Assembly (NCBI RefSeq): GCF_009914755.1
Contig: NC_060948.1
Length of the DNA: 64,000 bases
Source: the human T2T-CHM13v2.0 reference genome, Homo sapiens
Reading direction: 5' to 3' (one strand)
Shown: in pieces, positions 39,401-53,400 of the stretch
Layout of the letters: each line of letters opens with the position of its first letter
Numbering within the stretch: the first letter of the stretch is position 1
Notes under the pieces: generated by a model
What the model was told of the DNA's origin: nothing
Seen by the model: only the letters and a program-made list of their open reading frames with translations
Database searches by the model: none
Program-made: the position numbers and the translations under genes

Positions 39401-42400
39401 GGATCCCACAGAGAAGACAGCTGACAGTCCACCACTGAAGCACCTCCACAAGGTCTCCTTCTCCGCCAAGGGACTTGTTGCTAGGCAATGGTGACATTCA
39501 TTGTGATGCAAGCCAGAACTCATAATCAGGTCTGGTGCCCTGAGACTACTGCCTGTGTATTTGAGAGGCAGGCTCCAGTGCCCAACTGTCAGAGCTGTCA
39601 ACCTGCCTAAACAGAGAACAATGGTACAGGTGAAGCCAGCCTCATATTGGGAAAAATCTGCCTGTGAAAACCCACTGCAGGACCCTAAAAGTCTAGACCT
39701 CAGATCTCCTTAATGCCTTCTCCGTTGTGGAATACCACTGGAGAACTAGTTGTTTTGAGACTGTCAGGTTGTCGCTGGAATCTGCTCTTCTGATTCTGTT
39801 TCTGAAAGAGGCTGTGTGCAGGAATTATGCCCCATGGGAATGGCAACATAGTCTTATGTGTTGTTGAGGGTTCTTTAAGTGATAGAAACATACCTTAGAT
39901 TCCAGAGGTGGGTGTAAGTGAACGATTGCCTAGCTGTTGACCTCACTGCCACCCTTCATCCTGGGCCTTGCAGGGGCTTTCTGGGAAAAACAGGAGGAAC
40001 CAGGAAAAAGGCAAGCTCAAAATGAAGCAGTGTTCTCACACTTTGGACTGGCTTCTGTCTGGTGTGGATATGGTTGAGACAGTGTCTCAGAGGCCATCTG
40101 TGGTGATGGTAAGCCTGAAAAAACTGTCCAGTAGTGCTGTCGAGGGGTACTGTGGATTCCTCTTGAAAGCAAAGAAAAATCAAGGCTAGCCTGAGAGAAC
40201 AAGCTGATTTGTGCTTGAGTTTTTGCAATATTCAATGATTCCTGTTAGAGGACCCAAAACCCTACTGCAAAGTGCAAACAACCTCAGTCCCTAAAACGAG
40301 ACAACCCACAACATGGAGCACAGTCAGCCTACCTGAAGTAACTTTTGCTTTCTGAAATCCCTGGCAGCTTAATAATTTGTGGTGACAGGCTGTACTATCC
40401 AGCAATAGCACAATGAAAGAGCTCTTTTACAATGTGAAGACCATGCAGATAAAATGAAACATAGGGTAGATTACCAGGCAAAAGCCAGACACAGCTTTCT
40501 GATTCTCATTCTACAGGAATCATGCAGGTTTTTGATAGAAGTGGGAGAACAAGATTTTTTCTATTGGCAGTTGTAATGGGAATTTACAGTTTTAAAAATA
40601 TGAAACTGCCCAGTCATTAAGACCTGACACTGTTTAGAAGGAAACACTAACTCAATGGATTCCCATCAGGTTCGTTCTTTGTGAACTAGGAAATGTTTAG
40701 TGTGGAAGTCATTGAGCCAGACTCAGGAAACCCTAGGCCAATGTGGAACATGGGATTTAGGAAAAAAAAGAGGCAAGTGTGGATGGAGGTCAGAGCCCAC
40801 CCAGCATCAATCAATTCCACTCCCATTTGGATCAAGGAATGAAAACCCTCAAATTGATAGTGGGCTAGGATGTCCTCAATTTGAAATCCAAATGTGTTTT
40901 GCACATTAGAGTACTACCACCTGAACCCACAGTCATAGTGTGGACTGCTTGTGCAATTCAGGGAATGAAGGAATGGAGTTGGAAGCACTTTCTGTGTAAT
41001 CTGTGTTTATTTTTTCTGCAGGTGGAGTTGTGGGAACTCATCCATTCCTCATCAGATTGTATGCTAACCCCTATCTGACATTATTGCTGCTCACACTTTA
41101 TATGCCAGAATAAAATTCCAAGACAGTGGAGAAATGCCACCTCATGATGCGAAGCACCTGCTTGGCTGGGAACCGATTTCGAGTTAAATTCAAGGGAACC
41201 TGTGGACAGGACTGCCGGTATCTCTCTCTGGGCTGGACTCAGGACAAAGAAAAACAGGGAGATGTCCATTTTTTGATGTGGTGTTCTCCTCTTCTTTATA
41301 GAAGAGTAAATTTTTTTCTTTTTTTCTTTTTTTTTTTTTTTTTTTTTTGCAGTAGGAGTTGATATGGACTCCAACGAGTCTCTGCAAGCCTTCCAATTCA
41401 CTGCGTATTCATAATCCACAGAAAAATAAAAAAAACAGAGCCCCACAGCCCAAGCAGAGCCACACAGATAGGTTACAAAAAAATTGGTAGACACATGAAA
41501 AAGAAGTGTTGAAGTGCGTTAGCCACATTTCTTTAAGCCAGCTCCACTTACAGGCATGCACACACACACAAACACATAATGCCACACACACACACACATA
41601 CAGACATTTAACACTTACAACACTCCCCCAGAAACACACAGCCAGATAGCTCTTGAGTCTGTGTGGTTTTGCAGAAAGCCCCACCTGTGAGAGAGTAAAC
41701 TCGGGGAACACAGTGGGGATGTACCTAGAAATCACAGAGGGGCAACTTTCAAAAAGACTCACCCATCAGGCAGGCCTGGGGAATCCTGAAGGTCCCTTTG
41801 TATCCTTAGGGATTTCATACCCCTCCACAAAAAGAAGGCTGTGCAGTTGAAATGAAACAGTGGCTAGATTACCAGTAAGAAGCCAGACATGACGGCCTTC
41901 TTCTCATGCTACAGGAATCATGCAGCCTTCCAATAGAATTGGGAGAACAGGAGTTTCCTTGTTGGAGGCTGTAATGAAAATTTATGGTTTTAAAAGTATC
42001 AAAGCTGTCCAGCCATTAAAACGTGATAGTGTTTAGAAGGAAACACTCAAGCAATGAATTCCCATGAGTGCCATTCTCCGTGTACTGGGAAACTTTTCAT
42101 GTGAAAGTAATTGAGCCAGAATCAGAAAACCCTGGGCTGACATGGAACATGGAAATCACAAAAGGAAGAGGCAAGTCAAGAACCCACATCCCAACAAGCA
42201 TTAATCCATTCTACTCCCCACTGAAATTGGCAGTTTGCAAAGATAGCCCCAATTTGCACTCCAAATATTTCTCACACTTTAGAGTACTCCCTCCTGAACA
42301 ATGGGCAATGGTGTGGAATGCTTGTGCAATTAAGGGAATGTGGGGATGGAGTTGGAAGCACCTTCTATATCAACTGTCTTCATTTTTTTTTCTAGTAAAG

Positions 42401-44399
42401 TTGTGGGACCCCATCCACCCTTCATCAGTTTGTATCTTCACCACTATCTGACCTTATTGCTGCTGACACTCCTTGTCACAGGATGAAATCCCAAGATGAT
42501 GCAGGTGTTCCTCCTAGAGATGTTAAGTGCCTGCTTGGGTGGAAACCGAATTGGAGTTAAATTCAAGAAGCCCTGCAGACAGGACTACTAGTGTCTCTTT
42601 CTGGTTTGGCCACAGGACAATGAAACCCTGGAAGACATCTGTTAATTGGTGTGCTCCTCTTCTTTTTAGAAGAGTGGCTTTTTTGCAGTGGGAGGTGATT
42701 TGGATGCCGGACATTCTTGGCCCACCTCCCACTTCACTGCAGATTCAACATGCACATAAAAATAAGGAACACAAAGCCACACAGCCAAAGCAGAGCCACA
42801 CAGACAGGGCAATAAAAGGTTTGAGACTCAAAAAAAAAAAAAAAAATGTGCTGAAGTGAGTAAGCTGTATTCCTTTAAGCATAAGCATACTTCACTTAGA
42901 GGCACACACACACACACACACAAACAAACACATAATGACATACACACATGCAGACATGCAACAATCTCAACACTGCCACAGGAACCCAAATCCTGACATC
43001 TCCTGAGGCTTTGTGGTTCTGTGGTAGACCCACTTGGGAGAGACCAAACCTGGAGAACAAGGGTTTGTGGTAACTAGAAAGCAGAGTGGGGAATGTTTCA
43101 AGAATACTCACATCTACAATGCCTAGGCAGACCTGAGAAACCCCGCAGATTTTTTTGTATCCTTAGGGATTTTGTGGTTCAATCCTGGGATTCTGCTTGA
43201 TGTATCTTCAGGCTGGCTCATGACTGCTCTCTCTTGGGATCATGGGACTATCCCATGGATCCCACAAAGTGAGAATCCACAGCCAATGCACCTCCTTGGA
43301 GGTCTCCTTCTCCAGCAATCTGCAGAGACTTGGCGTTAGGGAACAATGACATTAATTGTGACACTACCCAGAGCTCATAATCAGGCCTGGTGTCCTGTGA
43401 TCTGTCTTCATTTTTTTTGCAGATGAAGTTGTAAGACTACATACACCCCTCACTAGATTTTATTCTCACCCCTAACTAACTTTGTTGCTGATCACATTCT
43501 ATGTACCAGGATGAAATCCCAAAATGATGGAGTGCCCCCTCATAATGTGAAGCATCAGCTTAGCTAGGAACAAATTTGACATAAATTCAAGAAGCCCTGT
43601 GGACAGGACTGCTAATGTCTCTCCCTGTTTTGGCTGAAGGACAGTGAAACACTGGAAGATGTCTGTTTTTTTTGCTGTGGTGTGCTCCTCTTCTTTCTAG
43701 AAGAGTGGCTTTTTTTTTTTTTTTTTTTTTGCAGAGGCAGGTGATTTAAACACAGGTAGGTCTCAGCCCGCCTCCCAATTCACTGCACATTCATGATCTA
43801 CAGAAAAAGAGAGAACACGGAGCCCCACAGACCCTAGCAGAGCCACACAGACAGGCCACCTAAAAGTTGGTGACTCAAGAAAAAAAAATTAGAGATGAAG
43901 TGTATTAGCCACATTTATTTAAGCAGACGCCACTTACAGGCACACACACACAATGCCGCACACACACACAATTACACACACACACGCAGAAATCCAACAC
44001 TTGCACCACTCCCACAGAAACATAGCCCGGCAATACCTGGGGCTACATGTTTCTGTAGGAAACCCCAACCTGGGAGAGAGCCACCCTAGGGAACACAGGC
44101 GGGCTGTACGTAGAAATCAGAGTGGGTCAAATTTCAAAAAGACTCACCCTTACAATGCCTAGACAGGCCTGAGAAATTCTGCAAGCTTTTTAGTATACTT
44201 AACCATTTCTCGATTTATTCCTGGGGGTGTGCTTGACATTTCTGCACGCTGACTTATGTCTGCCCTCTTGGGATTATGGGACTACCCCAACTTTCCCACA
44301 GAGAAGACAGGCAGGAGTCTACTGCCGAAGCACCTCAGCGGAGGTATCCTTCTTTTCCAAAACGCAGGGACTTGGCTCTGGGCAACAAGGACATTAATT

Positions 44400-44456
44400 G
44401 TGACGCTATGCAGAGCTCACAATCAAGCTTAGTGCCCTGGGACAATCGCATGCGCA
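44400..44456. promoter_or_regulatory. Near-intact NRF1 site and CRE half-site in a second CpG-retaining monomer
   Basis: CGCATGCGCA at 44447-44456 and TGACG at 44401-44405. Many CpGs are retained over ~43.77-44.58 kb. Confidence 0.4.
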
Positions 44457-47400
44457 TTTGTGAGGCAGGATCTGATGTCGTTGGGTCTCCCTGGAGGAAG
44501 AAGATTTTCAAGATTTTGAGGTTGTCCCTGGAAACTGTTTTCCTGACTTGATTCTCAAAAGAGTGCGTGTGTGATAATCGGGTACCATGGGGGTTGGAAT
44601 ATAGCACAGTGTGTTGTTTAGGGTTCTTTGGGTGACAGAATCATACTTGAGACCCCAGAGGCAGATGTCAGCAAAAGATTCCCAGGCTCACTGCCTCCTT
44701 TTATCCTGGGACTTTAAGAGGCTCTCTGGGAAATGAGGGAACCACAACAAAGGCAAGTCCAAAGTGGAGCAGTGTTCACATATCTCTTATTGTCCACTAA
44801 TGGGTACAGATGAGGTTTGTCTCAGATGCCATCTGCAGTGATGGAGTGATGGCAAGCCTGAAAGGGGTGTCCAGTAGTGCAGTTGAGGAGCACTTTGGAT
44901 TCCCCATGAAGGCAAAAAAAATAATCAAGGCTCACATGAGAGTATGAGCAGCCTTGTGCTAGAGTCCAAGCAATGTTCAGTGATTTCTGTCAGAAGACCC
45001 AAAAGCCTCCTACAAAGTGCCAACGTTCTCAGCCCCAACAAAGAGAGAAAGACCCACAATCTAGAGTGCAGCCAGGAAGTCCATTTTGCTCTCTGAAATT
45101 ACTAGCAGCTACATAATCTGTGGCAAGAGGAAGTCCCATCCAGCCACAGTTCAATGAAAGAGCCTTTCAAAAATGAGAAGGCTGTGCAGATAAAATGAAA
45201 TAGAGTCTAGATTACCGGGTAAAACCCTAACACAGCTGCCTGCTTCTCATCCTACAGGAATCATGCACCCCTCTGATAAATGTGAGAGAACAACTTTTTT
45301 GTTGTTGTTGTTGTTTTACTGTAACAGGAATATAAAGTTTTAAAAGTATTAAAGGTCCCTGTCATTAAAATGTGACAGTGTTTAGAAGGAACAACTCATG
45401 CAATGGATTTCTATCAGGGTCATTCTCTGTGAACTGGAACATATTTAGAGTAGAATTCATTGGGCCAGACCCAAGAAACCCTAAGGTGAGGACATTAATG
45501 TAAGTCATGAAAAGAAGCAGCATTTATGGAAGCCACATCACACCCAGCATCAGTTGATTCCACTCATATTTGCCTCCCAGTATGAAAGGCCTCAAATCAC
45601 CAGTTTCCCAGGTTGGCCCCAATTTGCATTCCAAATGTTACTTGTGCATTGGAGTACTCCCACCTGAACACTGAGCCATGGTGTGGACTGCTTATGCAAT
45701 TAAAGGAGTGGGGAATGGATTTGGAAGCACTTCCTTGTCATCTGTCTTTATTTTTTTTTTGTAGGTGAAGTTGCAGCACCCCATCCATCCCTCAAGAGAT
45801 TGTATCATCACCCCTATCTGACCTTATTTCTGCTCACACTTTATGTCCCAAGATGAAATCCCAAAACGATGGAGGAGTGCCCCTTCAGGACATGAAGCAC
45901 CTGCTCAGCTGGGAACTGAATCTGAGGTAAATTCAAGGGACCCTGCTGACAGGACTCCTTTGTTGGCCTTTCCCTGTGTTGGCCATAGGACTATGAGACA
46001 CCGGAAGATGTCTGTCTTTTGCTGTGGTGTGCTCCACTTCTCTCTAAAACAGTGACTTCTTTTAGCAGAGAGAGTTGATATGGATGCCAGTAGTCCCAGC
46101 CTGTCTCCCAATTCACTGAGTATTCATGATCCATATAAAAATAAAGTACATGGAGGCCTGCAGCCCAAGCAGAGCCACATCAACAGGCCACTGAAAAGTG
46201 GGGAGATTCAAAAAAAAAGTGCTGAAGTGTGATAGCCACATTTCTTTAAGCAGACTACACTTACAGGTGCATGCTCACAGACACACACACACAAAGACAC
46301 AAACACAAAATACCTCACACATATGCACACACCTGGCATTCTCAATACTCCCATAGAAACCAACAGCCCAGGAGCTCTGGATGCTGCATGGTCCTACAGG
46401 AAGCCCCACCTGGAGAGAGCAACCCTGAGTACACAGGGCAGGCTGTACCTAGAAATTACAGTAGGGAAAGTTTCAAAAAGAATCACCCCCTGCACTGTCT
46501 AGGCAGGCCTGAGGAATCCTGAGGATCTTCTTGGATCCTTGGGAATTTTGCAGTTTATTCCTGGGACTCTGCTTGATGTTTCTTCAGGCTGGCTTATGTC
46601 TGCCCGCTTGTAGGACAATGGGACAATCCTGTGGATCCCACAGAGAAGACAGGAGAGAGTCCATCACTGATGCAAGTCCAGAAAGGTCTCTATTTCTGCC
46701 AAGACTCAGGGACTTGTTGCTAGGCAATGCTGATATTCATTGTGATGCCAGCCAGAGCTCACAATCAGGCCAGGTGCCCTGAGACTAGCACATGCACATG
46801 CGTGAGGTAGGCTGATGCCCCTGGCTATCAGAGCTGTCAGCCTGTCTAAGCAGAGAAAAATGGTACAGGCAGAACCTGCCTGGTATTGGGAAACAAGCTG
46901 CCTGTGACCACCTACTGTGGGACACTAATCATCTAGACATCAGGGCCCCTTCTGGCTGTCTCTGTTGTCGGGTCTCACTGGAGGAGGAGGTGTTTTGAGA
47001 CTGTGAGGTCATCACTAGAAACTGCTCTTCTGACTCTAGTCCCAAAAGAGGCTGTGTGCAAGAATCAGGTCCCATGTGAATGGGAATATAGTCTGGTGTC
47101 TTGTAGAGCCTTGCTGGGTGATAGAATCATATCTGAGACCCCAGAGGTAAGTGTCAGCAAAAGATGGCCAGCTCTTGACCAGAAGACTCCCTTGATCCTG
47201 GGCCTCACAGAGACTCTCTGAAAAAAGCAGGAACCATGACAAATGCAAGTCCAAGCTGGAACAGTGTTCTCAAACCCCGGAGTGGCTTCTCACATGTGCT
47301 GATGAAGTGGAGGCAGTGTCTCACAGTACTGCAAAGTGCAAATAACCTCAGCCTCCACAAGGAGACAATGAGCCACAATCTGGAACACATCCATCCTACC

Positions 47401-50400
47401 CAAAGTCCCTTTTGTTCTCTGAAATCGTGGGCAAATAAATAATATGTGGATACAGGCAGCCCCATCCAGCAACAGCTCAATTAAAAATTCCCTCCACATT
47501 AAGATGGCCATGCAGATGAAATGAGACAGAATCTAGATTAGCAGGCAAAGGACAGACATGGCTGCCTGCTTCTCATCCTACAGGAATCATGCAGCCCTTG
47601 GATAGAAATAGGATAAAAAGTTTCCTTGTTTGAGGCTATAACGGGAATTTAAGGATTTAAAAGTATCAAGGCAGCCCAGTCATTAAAATGTGACAGAGTT
47701 TAAAAGGAAACACTCAGGCAATGGATTCCCACAAAGGATGCTCCCTGTTAACTTGGTAACGTTTACTGTGGCAGTCATTGAACCAGAACCAGCAAACCCT
47801 AGGGCAAAGAGAATCATAGAAGTCTGGAAAAGCAGAGACAAGTCTGGAAGTCACATCCCTCCCAGCATCAATTGATTCCACTCACATTTGCCTCTGGGTA
47901 TGAAAGACCTTAAAATGGCAGTTTGCCAGGATGGCCCCAGTTTGAATTCCAAATATTCCGTGTTCGTTGGAGTACTCTCACCTGAACACTGAGCCACGGT
48001 GTGGACTGCTTGTGCAATTAGGTGGGGATGGATTTGGAAGCACCTTCAGTGTCATCTGTGTTTATTTTTATTTTGGCAGATGAAGTTGTGGGACCCCATC
48101 CACCCCTCACCAGATTGTATCCTCACCCCTATCTGACCTTTTTCCTGCTGACACTCCTTGTCCCAGGATGAAATCTTAAAATGATGGAGAAGTGAGGCTT
48201 CATGAGGTGAAACATCTGCTCGACAGGGAACTCAAGTCGAGGTAAATTCAAGGGGCCCTGCCAACAGAACTCCTTGTGTTGGACTCTCCCTGTGTTAGCC
48301 ATAGGGCTATAAAACATGGAAAGACGTGGGGTTTTTGGCGTGGTGTGCTCGTCTTCTTTCTAGAACAGTGGTTTGTTTTTTTTTGTTTGTTTGTTTTTTT
48401 TGGTTTTTTTTGTTGTTGTTGTTGTTTTGGTTTTTTTTTTTTTTTTTTTTTTGCAGAAGCAGCTGATTTGGATGCTAGCAGTTTCCAGCCTGTTTCCCAA
48501 TTCACTGCAGATTCATGATCCACATAAAAATAAAGAACAAGGAGCCCTGCATCCCAAGGAGACCTACATAGACAGGCCACCAAAACATGGTGAGACTTAA
48601 AAACAGAAGTGCTGAAGTAAGTTAGCCACATTCCTTTAAGCAGACTACATTTACATGCACACACACACAAATACAAAAACACACAATGCCTCACACATAT
48701 GCACACATCCGACATTCACAATTCTCCCACAGAAACACACAGCCCACCAGCTCCTGAGGCTGTGTGGTTCTGCAAGAAGCCCCATCTGAAAGAGAGCAAC
48801 CCCAGTTAACAGTCAGGCTATACCTAGAAATCACAGCAGACCAAGTTTCAAAAATATTCACCCCTGCAACATCTAGGCATGCCTGAGGAATTCTGCAGAT
48901 TTTTTGGATCCTTAGAGTTTTGTAGCTTATTCCTGGTGCTTTGCCTGATGTTTCTTCAGTGTGGCTCATGTCTTCTATTTTCTAGGACAATGGGACCATC
49001 CCGTGGATCTCACAGATAAGACAGGGCAGAGTCCACACTGACACACCTCCACGGAGGTCTCCATCTCTGCCAATTAGCAGGGACTTGTCGCTAGGCAATG
49101 CTGACATTCATTGTGACTCTAGCCAGAACTCACAATCAAGTCAGGTGCCCTGAGAATACCACATGCCCATTTATGAGGTAGGCTAGGGTCCCTGGCTGTT
49201 GGAGCTGTCAGCCTGACTAAATAGAGGAAAATGTACCAGGAAAAGCTGGCCCAGTATCCTGAAACAGGCTGTCTGTGAAAACCCACTGCAGGACACTAAA
49301 AGTCTAGACTAATATCCCCTTCTGGCCACCTCCGTGGTCAGGCCCCACTGGAGGAGGAGGTGTTTAAAGAATGTGAGTTGGTCGCTGGAAACTGCTGCTC
49401 TGATTCCAGTCCCAAAAGAGGCTGTGTGCAAAAATCAGGTTCCATGTGGATTGGAATACTGTCTGGTGTATTGTGTGGTGTTCTTTGGGTGATAGAATCA
49501 TATCTGAGACCCGAGAGGCAGGTGTCAGTGACAGATGGCCAGGCTCTTGACCTCAATGCCTCCTGTGATCCTAGGCCTCACAGGGGCTCTCTGGGTGAAA
49601 CAGGAACCATTACAAATTCAAGCCCAAGATGGAACAGTGTTCTCATACCTCGGACTGGCCTCTCTTGGGTACAGATGAGGTTGAATCCATGTCTCAGAGT
49701 CCATCTGTGGCCATGGCAAGCCTGAAAAAGGTGCCCAGTAGTGCTATTGAGGGGCACTGTGGATTCCCCATAAAAGTAAAGAAAAATCAAGACTTGTCTG
49801 AGAGAACAAGCTAACTTATTCAACTTGTTCTGGAGTCCAAGCCATGTTCCATGATTCTTGTCAGAGTAACAGAAAGCCTCCTGCAAAGTGCAAACAATCT
49901 CAGCACCTGCAAGGAGACAATGACCCACGACTTGAAAACCAGCCAGCCTATCCAAACTCCCTTTCATTCTCTGAAGTCCCTGACAGATAAATAGTCTAGG
50001 GTGATAGGCATTCCCATCCAGCAACAGCTCAATAAAAAATCCCCTCCACATTGAGACGGTAGTGCAGATTAAATGAAACAGAGGTTAGATCAGCAGGCAA
50101 AGGCCAGGCATGGCTGCCTGCTTCTCATTCTACAGGAATCATGCTGCCCTTTGATAGAAATGGGAGACAAAGTTTCCTTGTTTGTGACTGTAATGGGAAT
50201 TTATGGTTTTAAAATTATTGAAGTTGCCCAGTCATTAAAACATGACAGTGTTTAGAAGGAAACACTCAGGCAATGGATTCCTATGAGGGACACGCCCCAT
50301 CAACTGGGTAATGTTTAGTGTGGAAGTAGTTGAGCCAGAAGCAGGAAGCAATATGGCAACGAGAATCATGGAAGTCTAAAAAAAAAGAAAAAATGAGGCA

Positions 50401-53400
50401 AGTCTGGTGGTCACATACCATCCAGCATCAATCCATTCCACTTTTATTTGGCTCCAGGTATGAGAGTGCTTGTATGAGATGTTTGCCAGTATGGCCTGAA
50501 TTTGCACTCCAAATCTTCCTAGAGTGTTGGAATACTCTCACCTGAATATCAGGCCATGGTGTGGACTGCTTGTACAATTAAGGGAATGCGAGGATGAAGC
50601 TGGAAGCACCTTCTGTGTCATCTTTTTTATTTTTATTTTTGCAGGTGAAGTTGTGGGTTCACATACACCCCTCACCAGACTTTATCCTCACCCCTATCTT
50701 ACCTTATTGCTGTTCACACTCTAGTTCCTGGGATGAAATCCCAAGATGATGGAGAATTGCCCCCTCATGACATGAAACACCTGCTCCAGTGGGAACAAAA
50801 CTCGATGTAAAGTCAAGGGGCCCAACGGACTGGACTGCTAGTGTTTGTCCCTGGTTTGGCCACAGGACAATGAAACACTTGAAGATGTCTCTTTTTTGGT
50901 GTGGTGTGCAGCTGCTTTTTCTAGAAGAGTGGCTTTTATTTTTTATTTATTTATTTATTTTAGCAGTGGGAGGTGATGTAAGTAAACACCTGCAGGTCTC
51001 AGGCCGCCTCCCAATTTACAGTAGATTTATGATCCACATAAAAATAATAAACAAGGAGCCCCACAGCTCAAGCCAAGCCGCATGGACAGGTCATCAACTA
51101 AAGGGTTGGTGACTCAAAAAAAAAAAAAAGGAAGAAGTGATTACACACACACACACACACATACACGATGCCACACAGACATGCGGACATTCAACATTAG
51201 CAACTCTCTGACAGAAACACAGCCCAGCAACTCCCTTGGCTGTGTGTTTCTGCAGGAAACCCCACCTCAAGAGAGCCAACCTAAGGTACAGAGGCAGGCT
51301 AGAAATCTGACTGTGGCAAGTTTCAAAAAGACTCATATCTACAACCCCTAGGCAGGCCAAGGAATCCTGCAGATTTTTTGTGTCCTTAATGATTCCACAA
51401 TTTATTCCTGGGGTTGTATTTGACGTTTCTTCAGGCTGGCTCTTGTCTGCCCTCTCTTGGGATCATGGAACTATCCCATCTATCCCAAAGAAGATAGGCA
51501 AGAGTTCGCAGCCAATGCAACTCAACGGAAGTGACCTTCTCCTCCAAGCCACAGAGACTTGGCACCAGGCAACAATAACATCAATTGTGATGCTACCCAG
51601 GGCTCACAAACAGTCCTGGTGCCCTGAGACTAGTGCATGTGCATTCGTGAGGCAGGATCTGGTGCCAGGCTTCAGAGCTTTCAGCCTGCCTAAGCAGTGG
51701 GAAATGGTATGGGCAGAGCCAGCCTGGCATAGGGCAAAAGGTGGCCTGTGAAAACCCACTATGGGACACTAAACTTCTCGACCTCAGGGCCCCTTCAGAC
51801 CATTTACATGGTCGGGTCTCACAGGAGGAGAAAATATTTTGAGACTCTGAGGTGGTCACTGGAAAAGCTTCTTCTGACTTCATTTCCAAAAAAGGCTGTG
51901 TGTGAGAATCTGGTTCCACAGAGATTGGAATATAGTACCGTATTGGAATTGTTGTGTTGTTGAAGGTTCTTTGGGTGATAGAATCATACCTGAGACCACA
52001 TGTGTGGATGTCAGTGAAAGATGGCTGGGCTCTTGACCTCACCATCTCCATTCATCCTTGACATCACAGAGGCTTTCTGGGAAATGTAGGAGCCACGACG
52101 AAGGGAAGTTCAATGCAGAATCATGTTCTCACATCTCATATCATCCTCTAACAGTTACAGATAAGGTTTAGACAGTGTTTCAGATGCCGTCTGTAGAGAC
52201 GGCAAGCATGTAAATAATGTCCATTAGTTCTGTTGAGGGGCATTTTCGATTCCTGTGAGAGGGAAGAAAAATCAAGGCTCACCTGAAGGAAACAGCTGCC
52301 TTGTGCTGGAGTCCATGCAATGTTCAGTGATTTCTTTCAGAAGACCCAAAAGCCTTCAGAAAAGTGCAAACGTCAGCCCCTGCTATGAGACAACGATCCA
52401 CAACCTGGAGCACAGACTGATTAATAAAAGTCCCTTTTCCTCTCTGAAATCTCTGGCAGCTACATAATCTGTGGCAAGAGACAGTCCCATTGAGCAACAC
52501 TTCAATGAATGCACCCCTCCAAATTGAGAAGGCCATGAAGATGAAATGAAATAGTCTAGATTCCCAGGTAAAAGACTGACACAACTGCCTGCTTCTCATC
52601 CAAAAGAAATCATGCAGCTCTTCAATATGTAAGAGAGAACAAGTTTCCTTTTGGTGGCTGTAATGGGAATATACAGTTTTGAATGTATCAAACTTTCCAG
52701 TCATTAAAGCATGACAGTGTTTAGAAGGAAACATTCATGCAATAGATTAACATGAGTGTTGTTATCCATGAACTGGGAAATATTAAGTATTGAAGTCGTT
52801 AGGCCAGACCCAGGAAACCCTAGGACAATGAGAATCATGGAAGTTCTAAAAAGAAGAGGCAAGTCTTAAAGCCACATCCCACAAAGCATCAATCCATTCC
52901 ACTCACATTTGGCTTCAAGTATGAAAGGCCCCAAATCCTCAGTTTGCCAGGATAGCCCCAATTTGCACTTCAAATGTTACTTGTACATTGGAGTACTCCC
53001 ACCTGAACACTGAGCCAGGTTGTGGACTGCTTGTGCAATTAAGAGAATGGGGGGTGGATGTGGAAGCACCTTCTGTGTCATCTGTCTTTATTTATTTATT
53101 TATTTTGCAGATGAAGTTGCAAGACATCTTCTACCCCTCAACAGACTGTATCTTCACCTCTATCTGACCTTATTGCTGCTCACATTATTTGTCTCAAGAT
53201 AAAATCCCAAAACTCTGGAGGGGTGCTGCCTCACAAGATGCATCACCTGCTCAGTTGGGAACCAAATTTGAGGTAAATTCAAGGTGCCCTGCTGACAGGA
53301 CTGCTGTGTCTCTTCCTGTGTTGGCCTTAGGGATATGAAACACAGAGACATGTCTGTTTTTTTTTAATATGGTGTGCTCCTCTTATTTCTAGAACAGTTT

